In this document: one piece after another, positions 1 to 12,400 of the stretch
Layout of the letters: every line of letters starts with the position of its first letter
Numbering within the stretch: position 1 is the stretch's first letter
Assembly (NCBI RefSeq): GCF_009914755.1
Contig: NC_060930.1
Length of the DNA stretch: 64,000 bases
Origin: the human T2T-CHM13v2.0 reference genome, Homo sapiens
Strand: one strand, 5' to 3'
The notes under the pieces: model-generated
The model's database searches: none
What the model was told of the DNA's origin: nothing
What the model saw: only the letters and a program-made list of their open reading frames with translations
Program-made: the position numbers and the translations under genes

Positions 1-80
1 AGGTGTTTCGATACAGGCATGCAATGTGACATAAGCACATCACAGAGAATGGGGTATCCGTCTCCTCAAGCATTTATCCA
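1..80 (-). mobile_element. L1MA-type LINE-1 3' end fragment (runs off window)
   Basis: 'gatacaggcatgcaatgtga...gaatggggtatccgtctcctcaagcatttatcc' resembles the antisense L1MA 3' UTR. Confidence 0.75.
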
Positions 81-362
81 GAGAGAGATTTTTCATGTAC
101 ACCAGTACTCTTCTTTTCAGGTTTCAGCCTTTTAAATACATAACTTTCACAAGAGATGTTTTGAATGTTTTCCCTTGACCTTGAGAAAGAAAAGCATTTG
201 CTGAGATGTTGCCTATGTGTGAAAGGGAGGGGAATCCTAGAGGAGAGGCCACTGAGTTTGCCACCCAGTTGACGCATAAGAAGCAACTTGAGAAGGACTC
301 CAAAAGCAGCAGGTCAGCAAGTGGAAACCAGCATTGAATCAGCTGAATGGGTACCTGGAAGT

Positions 363-1198
363 GGGGTGAATGTTATGTGTCAGTTTGCCTGCAATCGCCC
401 CCGCTATGTATTCCTGTCCCAGAGTAATCATTAACAGCACTCCTGTTAGTGGCAGCAAATTTGTATGGGTCTGCAGCAACCTCAGCTCTCGCCTCCTCAG
501 AAGAAAGCATTCAACTGAGGGGCCTATAGCAGAGTAAGAGACCGAGGCAAGTTTGAGAGCAGGAGTGAAAGCTTATTAAACAGCTTCAGAACAGGAACAA
601 AAGGAAATAAAGCACCCTTGCAAGAGGGCCACGTGGGCAACTTGAGAGATCAAGAGCGCTATTTGACTTCTGACTTGGGGTTTTATATGTTGGCACGTTT
701 CTGAGGAGTTGTGCCTCTTCTCCCCTGAGCCTTTCCTTAGGGCAGCCTGTCTGCATGAGCAGTGACCTCCCAGCTCTTGGGAGGGGAGGTGCCGTGTGTT
801 TACTGGAGTTGTGCGCATGCTCACTTGAAGCATTCTTCCCTTATCGGTCGAGCGTTCCCATAAGGTCATATCCAGTTAAACTCTGCCATTTTGCCTCTTA
901 GTTTACAGGTGTCAGCCCACTTGCCCAGCTCCTGAGATCTTACTGGGAAGCTGCTGATCACCAGTTTCAGGTGTTTCTATTGAGAGACTGCCTTTCCCTG
1001 CATGGGTTGCAACCAATGATTGTTTTAGAGAGACAATTGACAACTGCCTGACCATCACCTGACGGTTGTTTGTCTTTCCCATGCGGGGGAGTGGGGAAGC
1101 CTCTCTTGCTCTGCTCATCTCTGCCTGACTACCTACTGTAACACTTCTTTCACTTTCAAAAGTGTCCCAATTTGACCATAAATAATGTGGTTAACCCG
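363..1198 (-). mobile_element. MER94 (hAT-Blackjack MITE) split by MER50; pieces ~363-443 and 1144-1198
   Basis: 'ctttcactttcaaaagtgtcccaatttgaccataaataatgtggttaaccc' and 'cagtttgcc...gtaatcattaacagcactcc' join into one MER94-like unit when the LTR is removed. Confidence 0.7.
444..1143 (-). mobile_element. MER50-type ERV1 solo LTR
   Basis: TG...CA termini (tgttag.../...tgtaaca). Minus strand starts tgttacagtaggtagtcaggcagagatgagcagagcaagagagg. Flanks ctcc/cttc resemble a 4-bp TSD. Confidence 0.8.
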
Positions 1199-3609
1199 TA
1201 CATAAAGGAAGAAATGTAATGTGCTGTGGGAGGAGAAGGGCTCATGCAGGAAGACCTCTTAAAAAGGGACTATCTAGGGCTTAGATGCTGTGGCTCTAAT
1301 TGGCAAAGAAGTGTGGTAAAACTTTTAAAAAAATATTAAAGAGAGGAAAAGAAGGAGAGAAGGAGGAGGATAATTATTTTTGTGTTTATTTAGATCTATA
1401 CAAAGAAAAACACAATGGAAGTAGTAATTTCTTTGACCAACTTTTCTTCTGTTTTGAGCTTCTGAAGAGCATGCCTGGGCTTTCTTTCACCTCAATTTCA
1501 TTTTCATCTGAGATAAGTAAAAGATATATGGGAACTGGCATTATCTAAGTTAATTTAGAGATTAGGGTGAGTTCATTTCCAGCTCTTCATCTTGCCTGTG
1601 GAGGAAAGGCTGGAAGCTTCCTACTCTTTCACATCACAGAGCTTGTGACCTGTAATTTTTGCTGTTTCTCAATCTGCATTCTTGTGGCTTTGTTCATTAA
1701 TGGAATGCTGTAATTTATGAGCTTTCCTCTTTTGACCCTTTAAGAGAACTTTATCAGCATTCTCTAATTTTATTAACAAAACAAAAGAAACTATTTTTAG
1801 GAACGATGATCACATAAGGCTGAACCCAGACCATCCCAAGCAGATGTTGCGGTCCTGCAAAGTGGTCCCGTGAGGTAGTTGCTCCAACACGTGGTCTCAG
1901 CTCAGAAGTCACTGTTTTTGCAAACGTTGTCCTTAAAGGAGGAACAAGGTGCAGAACTTTTGTTTCTCTTTTCCTTTCTTTTGAAATATCAATTTGCCTA
2001 TAACCATAGGGTAAATAACAGTCTATAGGAAAAAGGGGAAGCGATGTAGAGTTAAACAGAGGAAGGAGTAAGCAGAAAAAGTAACAGGTCACACAGAAAC
2101 CAAGAAACTACAAGTTATAATGATGGTGGTTCCGTTTTCTTCCTGCATCTATGATTTCGAAACGGGCTAAATTGGGATGGGTAAGATCTAATTGGGATTC
2201 CCCCCAGATGCAACATCTTTGTGAATTTGTGGATGGGACCAGATAAGAAACTCGTGGAGGAAGGAGATTCAAATGAGCAGATTTCAGTATCCTTCAGGCA
2301 AACCCAGCCTTGAGTATTTCTCAGCTTTTGGAGATCCCAGGAAAAACATAAATGATGGAGTCACTAGGAGATAAACAATGTAATTTGACTCAAGAGAATG
2401 GGCAGAAAATCAGACACCCTAGGAGAAAAAAACAACCTGCTATTTGTAAATTTATTCATGGTGGTCAAGATCAATAACAGCAATCAAACGGTTTAGTTGC
2501 ACGGAGGAAAACTTTATTTACTGGTCCCAGGCATGCTAAGCTCTGCACACAGATTTCCTGGGTGCAGGAGGATCACCTAGAATTAATTGTAAAAAGTTGC
2601 ATCATATCCAAGACGTATTTGTCAGCAAAAAGACTCACACAAGAGGTTTAAACTGATGAATACCCACTCTGATGGCTCAGTAAATACTATCAGTGATGCC
2701 TTAATTTTTCTTGGTTTTAAGGATGTCTTTCTTCTATATAAGCACTTCATTTCTCCCTTTTAGTTGCTTCATACAAGAGTAATCAATTGATATGTTAGAC
2801 TTTCACTGGACATTTCATGGCAAAAGGAATATTGACCCAGTATTGACATTAATAATACACATAAAGGAGAATGGCAGGCAAACCTACAAAAATCTCTCCC
2901 TATCAACACAGACTCCAGCAAAGGTCATAGGAGAGTGGAGCATTTACAGAGAGGTGAAAAGTATTGACAGAGATTAGCATGGAGCAGGGAAGAGAGACAT
3001 ACAATTTGTGTTTTAGAGCATGGCTGTCCCTCATATACATGCTTGTTCAATTTTTATTAAGGCAATGTACCAAGTGTTTATTTTTTTCCCTACTCCTCCA
3101 AATAATGAGCAAGGTCATCTCTTTCCCAGAATGAAAAATGTGGTGATGGTGGCTTCCTCCCTGAGAAACTAGCTAAGCCTATTAGCAGGGAAGCCACCCA
3201 GAAGGAAGGCTTCCACGTGTCAGGATGGATTCTTTCTCTGTAATATTTGAGCTCATTTGCTTCTCCAGGCAAATAGTAGTGTCTCTCCTTTTTAAAACAA
3301 ATACACTTGGGAGGAGTCTTATTTTAAGTGTTGTTGACTTTTGGATTAATTATTAAGGTGGTGTTTGGGACAAATTAGAATATAGTCAGCTGAGGGCAAA
3401 GATGACTGTTTCAGAAGGGGAAGGCTATTGATGGGTACGGGAAGTGGAGCTGAAGAGAGATGGCAGAGACATCAGGAGACAGAAGATGATGGAAGAGAAG
3501 AGAAGTGGGAAGAAGATGAAGATGAATTTCTCTGATTAAAACATTTTATCTAAATTAATTCTAGCCATTCTTCTGGGAATTCGCTCATGCTCTTCCTTGC
3601 AATGTGTGT

Positions 3610-3800
3610 TCCTGGGGCAGACATTTATTGACCAGCTGCAGTGTTCCAGGCACTTTACTCAAACCTAGCGATTCAAAAGTGAGTAAGTTATAGGGATGGC
3701 TTCTATAACAGATAACATGCTAGAGGAAATGGCATCTAATGTGAGCTTTGAAGAGTGAATAAGCATTCACAAAGGAGGCAGTAGTGTGGAGCAGGACAGG
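3610..3800 (-). mobile_element. L2 3' end fragment
   Basis: 'acatttattgaccagctgcagtgttccaggcactttact' and 'gagctttgaagagtgaataag' are degenerate L2 3' motifs. Confidence 0.55.
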
Positions 3801-3849
3801 GCCATTTGTGATTCCCAACTCAAATGAACACTCAAACATTGCTTGCACT

Positions 3850-5350
3850 TTTTTCAACTCTTCCTCAGAGTCACTAACTCTATACTTTGTAGTGCTGAGC
3901 CTTCAACGCTGCCCTATATCTATTTACTGTCAGGAAATAAACTAATTTTCTGTTTCTCGAAAAAAGAGAGACCACCGTTCATGAAAATCTTCCATTTATT
4001 TTTGCCATCACCTATCCATCCATATCTCCCTCCACCCCATCACCTGGTCTCATAGGAAAATGTATTCCCTCTTCCTCCTAGATAAAACCCAGCCTTTCTT
4101 CAAGTCACTGAGACCTGGACCTTTCACATCTCACCTGGAAGCTATGAAATCATCATCTCCATTATCTTTGCATCTTTATCCTCTTCCTTAGGTTCAGCAT
4201 GAACAAAAGCTCAGCTCCTCTCCATTTCAAAAAGCAAACATGCATATGCACACATGCACACGCACACACAGAAAAACTCTTATTAAAATAATCCCAATCT
4301 GTTTTTCCCCTACCAGTACTTAGATTGTTTTATTAATCTCCTCATTGAAAAATCAATGAACTCATCTTAATTCTCATTCTAATTGATCTTTCTGCACCAT
4401 TGTATATTGCTGATCTTTTCTTCCTTCTTAGAATGCTCTCCTTTCTAAGTAAGATACTCATGGAATACTCTCCTTTCTGAAATATTGACTCTTTACCAGT
4501 TCCCTTCCTTTTAGCTGTCTCCTCCTGACTTATTAGTCCTTATCCCTTAAATGTTCGTAGTCTCCAGGGTTCAGACCTTGACCCAATTCTCACTCCATTA
4601 CCTTTCCCAAGCAATTTTATTCACTTGTAGGGATTACTTTCTCTGACTTCTCACACCAAACCAACAGCAATTTATGTTAGATCTTCCTTCCTAACATTAA
4701 TCAATTCTAACCTCCTCTCTACATCCCATCTACTGTCACTACTCAGCTTTGGCCATCCTCATCTCCCACCTGGTTTAGAATAAAAGCCTCCTAATGCATC
4801 TCTCTGCCTCTTCTGGCCACCCTCCAATTCTTTAAAGCTGTGCAAGAGTGATGTTTCTAAGCGATAAATTTTATCTCTCTGCTATCCTTCTTAAAACACT
4901 TGAGCGGCTCCTCAATGCTTTCAGAAGAAAGTCCATATCCTTAATCAAAATTCTCACTGTGATGCAGCAAATTATTTAAGACTTTTCACAATATACTTTT
5001 CTGATGTCTCCTCCCCTTCCTTACCCACCAAGCATACACTTGGAAAGATTTTTCATCGTGATTTTTCAATCATGCCATGGTTTTCAAACCTCGTGCTTTT
5101 GCTTCTGCTTAAAGTTGAGCCTGGAATACCTTAAATTTACTTACTTGAAAAAATTGCATTTATTCTTCAAAATACAAATAAAATACTTCCTCTCTGAAGC
5201 ATTTCTTGATATTCCTCCTTACTCTTTCCACTGTGCAAATACACATATCTCAACCAAAGTTAGTTATTATTTCCTCTATATCCCTATCATATTTAATTCC
5301 TTCCATTACTTATCACTCATACCAGATTGTTTTATGGCTCTATGATCGCT
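3850..5350 (+). mobile_element. Degenerate L2 LINE body
   Basis: Pyrimidine-rich. 'ttctcattctaattgatctttctgcaccattg...tcttttcttccttctta' and 'agcctcctaatgcatctctctgcctc' resemble L2 ORF2/3' region. Confidence 0.65.
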
Positions 5351-6489
5351 GTGTTCCTCCTGGGAAATTAAAGACTTAATCCAGCATGACATGGACAGTT
5401 GATGTCACAACCAGAACAACAATGATCTAGAGTGCATAAGCCAGTTAGCCATCTCTTAGGCCATGCTGTGTGGTTGATATCATCCTGCCAGAAGGGAAAG
5501 ACATAGATCTGATAACCTCTGTAAGTCTCCATCTGCTACCGCCATGATTCTATGAATAACCTCTTTAAACATTGCTTCATGACAGAATCTACATAGCTGA
5601 GGCCTTTGTTTTCTAAAGGCTACCCTGGGAACAGCAGCAGGAAAAACAGCATCTCTCTCACCACATCATAGGCATCATTAGTGAAGGTGATATCTTGGTA
5701 GTGTTCAGACTTGACATCATTCCTAGATGCCTGGATAAACAGAATGACATTTTTAGGACTGCCCCATAAACTGAATCGTTCTGAAAAGTGCCCCAGTGAC
5801 CCAAGTGGTTGGGCTTTCTGAGTGGTGATTTACTGTGGCTTATGGGGTAGTTGAATGAATTAATTGTGCTTAATTGAGCTATTAGTTCAAAGATCTTTCT
5901 GAAGATCAATCCAATATCAAAGTCCTTCTAAAGTCTAAAGAACTTTTTTCTTTTCTAAAATGGAAATTGGGATGGAGAAGTGATTACAAATCTAGTGAAC
6001 TTATATATTTTAATTTAATTGCAGATACTGGAAAACCCAGTTGTAAGTAAATTATAAAAAGACACACTTCCTGTGCAAATAGAACTGTTTGTAAAGAATT
6101 TAAGTTCCTTGGATAAATAATTACTTTAAGCAATAGTTTCATAATATGGAATGGAAGTTCTGGGCATCATGTGCAAAAGATATGATCCACAAAACATGAT
6201 AGCACTTCAGCTTTGAAAATTTACCCTGCTCTTTGGGGGACCTGGGGGAGTGAAGGATGTGAAAATTTTGGGTCCAAAAGCCTAGGCCTCTCATGAAGTT
6301 CATCTTTAACTGCTTATATGACTTAAAGGAAGACAACCACCTGGTATGTCATTTTCCCCCAGTAAAATATGGGTTAAAAACACCTACCTTACAAAGAGAC
6401 TGTGAATTAGTTATGATAAGTGAAATAGAAGTTTCCTGGGTTCTTAGGAGAAGTCAAACATTCTAAGGCTGAGGTGTCTGGGTCTCTAT

Positions 6490-7545
6490 TGCATCATTTA
6501 CTCGTTGAGCAAATAGTCATTGAGCACCTGTTATATGTCAAGCACTATTCTAAGATCTGGGGATGAAAAGACAACTAAAGAGACAAAAATTCTGGGGACT
6601 CCTAGAGGGAGGAGAAGGGGAGGAAGGCAAAGTCTGAGAAACTACCTACTGGGTACTATACTCACTACCTGGGGGACAAGATCATTCATATCTCAAACCT
6701 CAGCATCATGCAATGTACCCATGTAACAAACCTGCACATGTACCCCCTGAATCTAAAATAAAAGTGGCAATTATAATTTTAAAAAGAGTTATTTAATGGG
6801 GGAGGAGAAAAGCAAGCAACAAACAAAGAACTAAGTAAAGTAGGTATTAGAAGATGGGAAGATGGGAGGTAGTGTGGAGAACAATAAAAAGGGAAGGGGG
6901 CCGGGCAATCCTGTGGGTTGTGGTGGATTTCGATTTTAAATATAAAGCTGAGAAAGGACCTCACGGAGAGAGTGACTTTTCAGAAGCACATGAGGAGGTG
7001 AGTGAGATGAGGTGAGAACATGAGGATATCTGGAGAAAGAGTAACCCAGGCAGAGAAAACAAAGGCATGGGAGTCTTGAGATGCAAAAGTAACTGTGTTC
7101 AGGGAACAGTGCAAAGGCCAGCATGGCTGCATGGCGGAAAATAGTGAGTTAGCAGGGGGCGAGATGTATACAGCCTTGGAGCCTATTGAAAGGATTTGCT
7201 TCTCTGAGGGAGATGAGAGCCACTGGAGCATTTGATGCAGAGGAGGAAAATGGTCTAACTTGCATCTTGAAGTATCCCTCTGGTTGCTGTTTTGAGAATA
7301 GATTTGTGGGGAGATGCCCAGGTGGAAGCCGTTAGGAGGCAGTTGCAGTAGTGCAGTTAGTGACCCAGACCAGGGAGGTGGCAATGGAAGCAATGAGAAG
7401 TAGTCAGACTCTGGATATATGTCACAAATAGAGACCTCACAGGACTTCCTATTGGAATGAATTGGGAGCGTTAGAGAAAGAAAGAAGCCAAGATTGACAG
7501 CAAGGTGTTTGTCCTGGCAAGTGGAAGAATGTACTGGCCATTACA
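6490..7545 (-). mobile_element. L2a fragment, interrupted by L1 at 6591-6785
   Basis: 'attgagcacctgttatatgtcaagcactattctaag', 'agggaacagtgcaaaggcc', 'gagccactggagcatttgatgcagaggag', 'gagaagtagtcagactctggatatat'. Confidence 0.8.
6591..6785 (+). mobile_element. L1PA15/16-type 3' end
   Basis: 'aaactacctactgggtactatactcactacctgggggacaagatcattcat...aaacctcagcatcatgcaat...atgtaccccctgaatctaaaataaaag'. Confidence 0.85.
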
Positions 7546-7809
7546 ACTCCATTGGTGACACTAGCTCAATTTGGGGGGAACTTAAAGCAAATAATTTAAC
7601 ATGAGCTCTTTATCTGCCTTTGTTATGTATCTTTCTAAATCATAAAATGGGAATACTCAACTGAGAATTTTTTAAGACCTTAATTGAAAGATGCTATCTA
7701 ATAAAATTTTTTCTTGTGTCTGTTACATTAAAAGGCTTGTTTGATTCTAATAAAATATCTATGATATAAAACATGTCTACAAGAAAGGTTAACAAGAAAG
7801 AAATGATAG

Positions 7810-7920
7810 AATATTATTACTCAGGTTTTCTAAGTGAAGAAACTGAGGTCCTGAGAAATTGACATGCACAAAGATGCAGTTCTTCAGATTTCTTCTTCAG
7901 AGTACTCTCTAGCATAACCA
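7810..7920 (-). mobile_element. MIR fragment
   Basis: 'attattactcaggttttctaagtgaagaaactgaggtcctgaga' is the antisense MIR core. Confidence 0.55.
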
Positions 7921-9366
7921 TTACCTCTCTGACAACAGTAAGCCCCATCCATGGTACTTTTTATAATGATTTTTCTCCAGAAAGGCTCTTCGTTTTAATA
8001 GCTAATGAACCCGTCAACTAGAGAATATTGATTGTTATATAGGACACAATCTATTACCAGGTTTCCTCTTTCTTTTCCTTTAAATCCTGTTTTCCCACCT
8101 TTCAAGTTGAAAAGAGTCTCTAATCTAGGACTTTTATTGTTCCTTATATATAAGTTAAAATGTGAAGAATGACTTGAAATGCAAATGCTACTTTAACATC
8201 TTTCCAGCAAATACTACTTCTTGTACTAATGCTAGAGAGTGTGAGATAAATAAATTGGAATTCAATTTTTCCTTCTTCTCAACTCTCTCTGTCATTTTAG
8301 AACATTGTGAAAGGCAGCAAGCTATGCTAGAAGATAAAGCTTATAACAATTTTTATTTCCTCTGTTGTGGCCCCCCCACCGCCTTCCCCCACCAAAAAAT
8401 CTTAACTGTTTGTTTTATAGTCTTCTCTGCTCTCAGGGGATTTGAGGTATGCAAAGCTTTGGCTGAGATTGGAAAGAAACAGCTCAGAGGTGGGGACTGC
8501 TGCTTAAAATGTTCCTTTGTTTCATTTTTTTTTTCCTGTTATTGTATATGAAACTTTGAAACTATCCTGACTTTCCATTCCAAAGGCACAGGCCAGGACA
8601 GGTGCCAATCGCAGCGACCATTTGGTGGAGGGGTATACATGATGATTGGTTTTTATGGGGGCTCAGAGTGAAAGCAGAGGGGATCCTCAGAAGGTTTCAT
8701 TATGAGATTAAGATGTTGGCCTTGTTAGGGTAAACTGTAATCCCCCGTCACCTTTTGGTGAGCGGGATCCTGTGAGAACATTCTACAAGGGAGATCTTCA
8801 GGTTTAATACCAACAAGCACAATGCAGGGTCCTAGCAGCCCAAGAACTGAGTGGAAACTCCAGGGCTGGGGATGCTAAACTCCATCTGTGTTGACTTGCT
8901 TTGTAACCTGAGGCAAGTGTCTTTAAATTCCCTCAGCCTCCACTTCTTCATCTAAGTCAGGCTTGCCACAGGCAGAGGTATTATGTAAATACATAGATAC
9001 TATCAATCCTTGGGGAAAAAAAAAAATGCTTTGTTGAGCCAGCAGAGCTCTCTACTGCTTAAAGCAGGGTGTGAATAAGAGCTCCTGGGTCTTTCACCAA
9101 ATCGCTGAACATGTTCCGAGATGCTGTAGAAAAGGTGCTTTCATGGCTTTAGACACAGTACACAACCGCTGCTCAGATTGAGTAGTATCTTTTTAATGGC
9201 AGGGTTGGGAAGGTGTGTTTTATTTTTCTTTTGGATAAGTCACTTGGAAGTGATGGACTTATGGGTCTGCTGGCCTGGCCATTTGACTATGTCGAACAGC
9301 AATCCCACCTTTAACTTGTTAGATCCATTTTCCATACTCCCCTCTATTCTCTCTCCCCTCCCAAAT

Positions 9367-9375
9367 ACACACACA

Positions 9376-9409
<34 letters not shown>
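9367..9409. repeat. (CA)n microsatellite, about 21 units with one interruption
   Basis: Directly visible. Confidence 0.98.
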
Positions 9410-9589
9410 ACTCTGCATTTGCTTGACCTGTAGAGTATGATTTGAGGGATGCCAAAGTGCTTCCTGTTGCCACATATATGCATTCCGAAACTTTTCTCCT
9501 GTTACAACACTCAAACCTGTTGTTTAAATAGAAAATAAGAGTCAAGCATACCCCATTGTTGTTAATGGGATCCGATCTGTGTTTACCAG

Positions 9590-9790
9590 TGTGGGCTCTG
9601 GGTTTGAATCTCAGCCTTGTCACTCAGCTTTGTGAATTCTCTGAGCCTTGATTTTATCTTCTGTAAAATGGTAGCAGTAATGGTACAGCCCTCATAGGGT
9701 TGCTGTACAAAGTAAAGATGATAATGATGCAAAATCCTTGGAATATTGCCTGATGCATAATAAACACATAGTAGACACAGCTGCTGAGGT
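9590..9790 (+). mobile_element. MIR
   Basis: 'gggtttgaatctcagccttgtcactcagc...ctgtaaaatggtagcagtaatggtacagccctcatagggttgctgt'. Confidence 0.85.
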
Positions 9791-10010
9791 TATTATTGAA
9801 ATGGTACAGCGGAAAGAAATGGTACGGAGGAAGGTAAATCAGGATGGCGTAATGGGATAGAGCAAACCATAGACTTGTACTAACCATTTATGAGCATTGA
9901 AGTTAACTTTTATTCTGCTTCTGCTGATGGCAAAATTTAGGCAGGCTTGCCAGAGCTGCCTTGTCCTGTAAGACAAAGACTAGCCTAACCAGTTCTTGCT
10001 AATAACTGGA

Positions 10011-10026
10011 GTGACCTCTAGTGGTT
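10011..10026 (-). promoter_or_regulatory. Candidate CTCF motif
   Basis: Minus strand AACCACTAGAGGTCAC versus core CCAC(C/T)AG(A/G)(G/T)GGC; motif match only. Confidence 0.35.
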
Positions 10027-10736
10027 CTGATTTTTTTCATAGTGGAAAACACAAAACAAACCAGACTCACCCAAACCGTACACTATTTTGCTTGTACACC
10101 CAAAATTCAGAAGCTGATTAAATGGACACTAGTCTAGTGTTTAATTGAATTGACTGATTTATTAATAGAAGCCTTATTTCTACCAGACAGTTTCAAGAAT
10201 CCCTTCCGAGTATGACCACACCCTCACTTCCATTTGGCCTTCTGTCCATTATTACTGAGTTGGGGGAGTAATTTATTAGCATTCAATTAAACTGTATAGA
10301 TGTATTTAAAACATATATGACGCTTCCCATAGGCAAGACACTGTGCTAGGCAAAAAATAACGTATCAAGATGAAATATGGACAGACCCCTTTGAAAATAC
10401 TAAAAAAGTACCTACTTTTAAACCGTACTAAAATAGATGTCGACACAAAGAATTACCACCATCTTATGCCTTACGGCATAAGCAACTTTGAAAAAGGCAA
10501 CTTTGCTTTTTCTGCTGTGGGAAGAAACAGATCCCCTCAGAATAAAACAAAATAAAGCATGCATATCCATTGATACACAAGAGAATTCTCATCCATGGGC
10601 TGGGAGGTTTGGCCGAGAGTAGAGCCAGGTAGCAAAAGAGAAATGTACCCTGCTATGGTTTAAAAAAGAAAAATCAACATTAAATAAGGTAAAATTCAAA
10701 ATTCAAAAATTAATTAAAGAAGTCATTTTAAATGTG

Positions 10737-10742
10737 TTTATT
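10737..10742 (-). terminator. Candidate minus-strand polyadenylation signal
   Basis: AATAAA on minus, several TGTA motifs 5' of it (plus-strand taca near 10752, 10804, 10913, 10937) and a U-rich tract 3' of it (10660-10715). Confidence 0.4.
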
Positions 10743-12382
10743 CTGCAACCATACATCATTTATGTTCTAGGTAATTCTATCTTCAAATAAATGTACTCCT
10801 CTTTACAAAAGCAATGCATTAAATATGCAAGTGAAAATGAAAACTTTTTATACCTTTATATAATTTTTATATAAATAAAACCACAAGTTATTTATATTGC
10901 CAAATTCTATTATACATTGTAGAATATTAGTAAAGTACATATGGCCTATGCATAAAAAATAAGAGTCCCAAAGAAAATACTAGTGTCCTGATATAAGGCC
11001 CATACTCTGATTTTTTTTTTTACTTGATGAGTATTTGAGAGTGGAAAATATTTTTAGCTATCCATGCAAAGTGCAATTGTCTCTTATTTTTCCACTTGTA
11101 CTTCATGAAGACCTTTGGTGATATCTAGTTGACAGGCTAATAGCCTTACCACAAAGAGCTATTTAGACTTGGCAGAAATTTAGAAATTCCTGAAGCCTAA
11201 ATCAATTTAAAAACCTAAAAACAAATTCACAAAACTTCAAATTCTGCCCTGGCACAACTTTATCTGGTAATAGCGTGTAGGGGGATTCATTCCAAACACA
11301 ATGTCTTCTAACACTGGAATTTTCCTGAAGCACCAGGTTTCATCATTGGGAATTCTGTTCCACTTCTTTTTAGGGTTCCTATTTAGTGTCATTTATGTTC
11401 AGCTTATGCCCTGGGAGTACAGAAATAGCCAGTTGAGAGTATATAAAGTGTCCTGTTTTTAAAGCTTATTTTTAAATTTGTTTTTATTCTTTTAAAATTA
11501 TTTATTTCTTTATTTGCTTTCTTATTCTTCTTTATTTTTATTATATTTATGATTTATCTTATTTATCTTTAGCTGGTCATCAGTTTAAATAAATCTTAAA
11601 ATGTTCCACATCTTAAAGATGTTGACTTCTCCAAGGTGGGGCTGGGTCTGATTAGGAGTTAAAACTGAGTGGAAAAAACAATTCACAAAGACATATTACA
11701 GGAAACATTTATAGGAAAAAAAAATGAAAATTAGAATGTCATGTGCACCAATACAGTATGATGGTCTTTAAATTCTCATTGTCAAATCTTATTTGGTTCT
11801 ATATTTAATATTTAAAACTATATTGACAATCTATTATTAGTCTTTCATAAGAAATTAATATTCTTAGAAAACATTCAGTGGTGCTTTGCACACAGTTGAA
11901 CATCTTATACTTTTTTCAGCATTTTTACTCAAGCATTGGGCTGATAGTATTAATAAATATTGCTATTAATTATTTGAACTTAAATATTACCACTTAAAAC
12001 AACTATAAACATGTTTAAAACAAAAAAAAGAGATTGGTTGAAAATACAGATTTAGAGTTAACCCTTCATGATAAATGAGAGAAGCTATGATATCTGGGTG
12101 TCTACCTTTGACTTCAGAGATGTAACAAAACTGGATACGGTATTAGGGCCATTGGGTGATAACTGCTCCAGGACGTTTTAAAGAAAGTAAAGTTAGCTTT
12201 AAGCAGCTTCACACGATTTTGGGGGATGCAATAGTGATTCATGCCTTTGAAAATTTGCAATCTTGCGTGTGTTGTTTCATACCATTCAGTTTTATCCACC
12301 TGCCATTTTCATCTGCCTTTTGAGTATTGGGGAACAGGTTTGAGCCTCTCGGTCCCTTGGGTAATGGTTTATCTCAGCAGTC

Positions 12383-12400
12383 TGCCGCCACCTAGTGTCT
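12383..12400 (-). promoter_or_regulatory. Candidate CTCF motif
   Basis: Minus strand AGACACTAGGTGGCGGCA, a close core match in unique sequence with a retained CpG. Confidence 0.55.

Noticed and set aside
1871-1880. TGAGGTAGT resembling the 5' end of let-7
   Set aside because: Only 9 nt match, with no mature sequence or hairpin; kept only as a possible target site on minus
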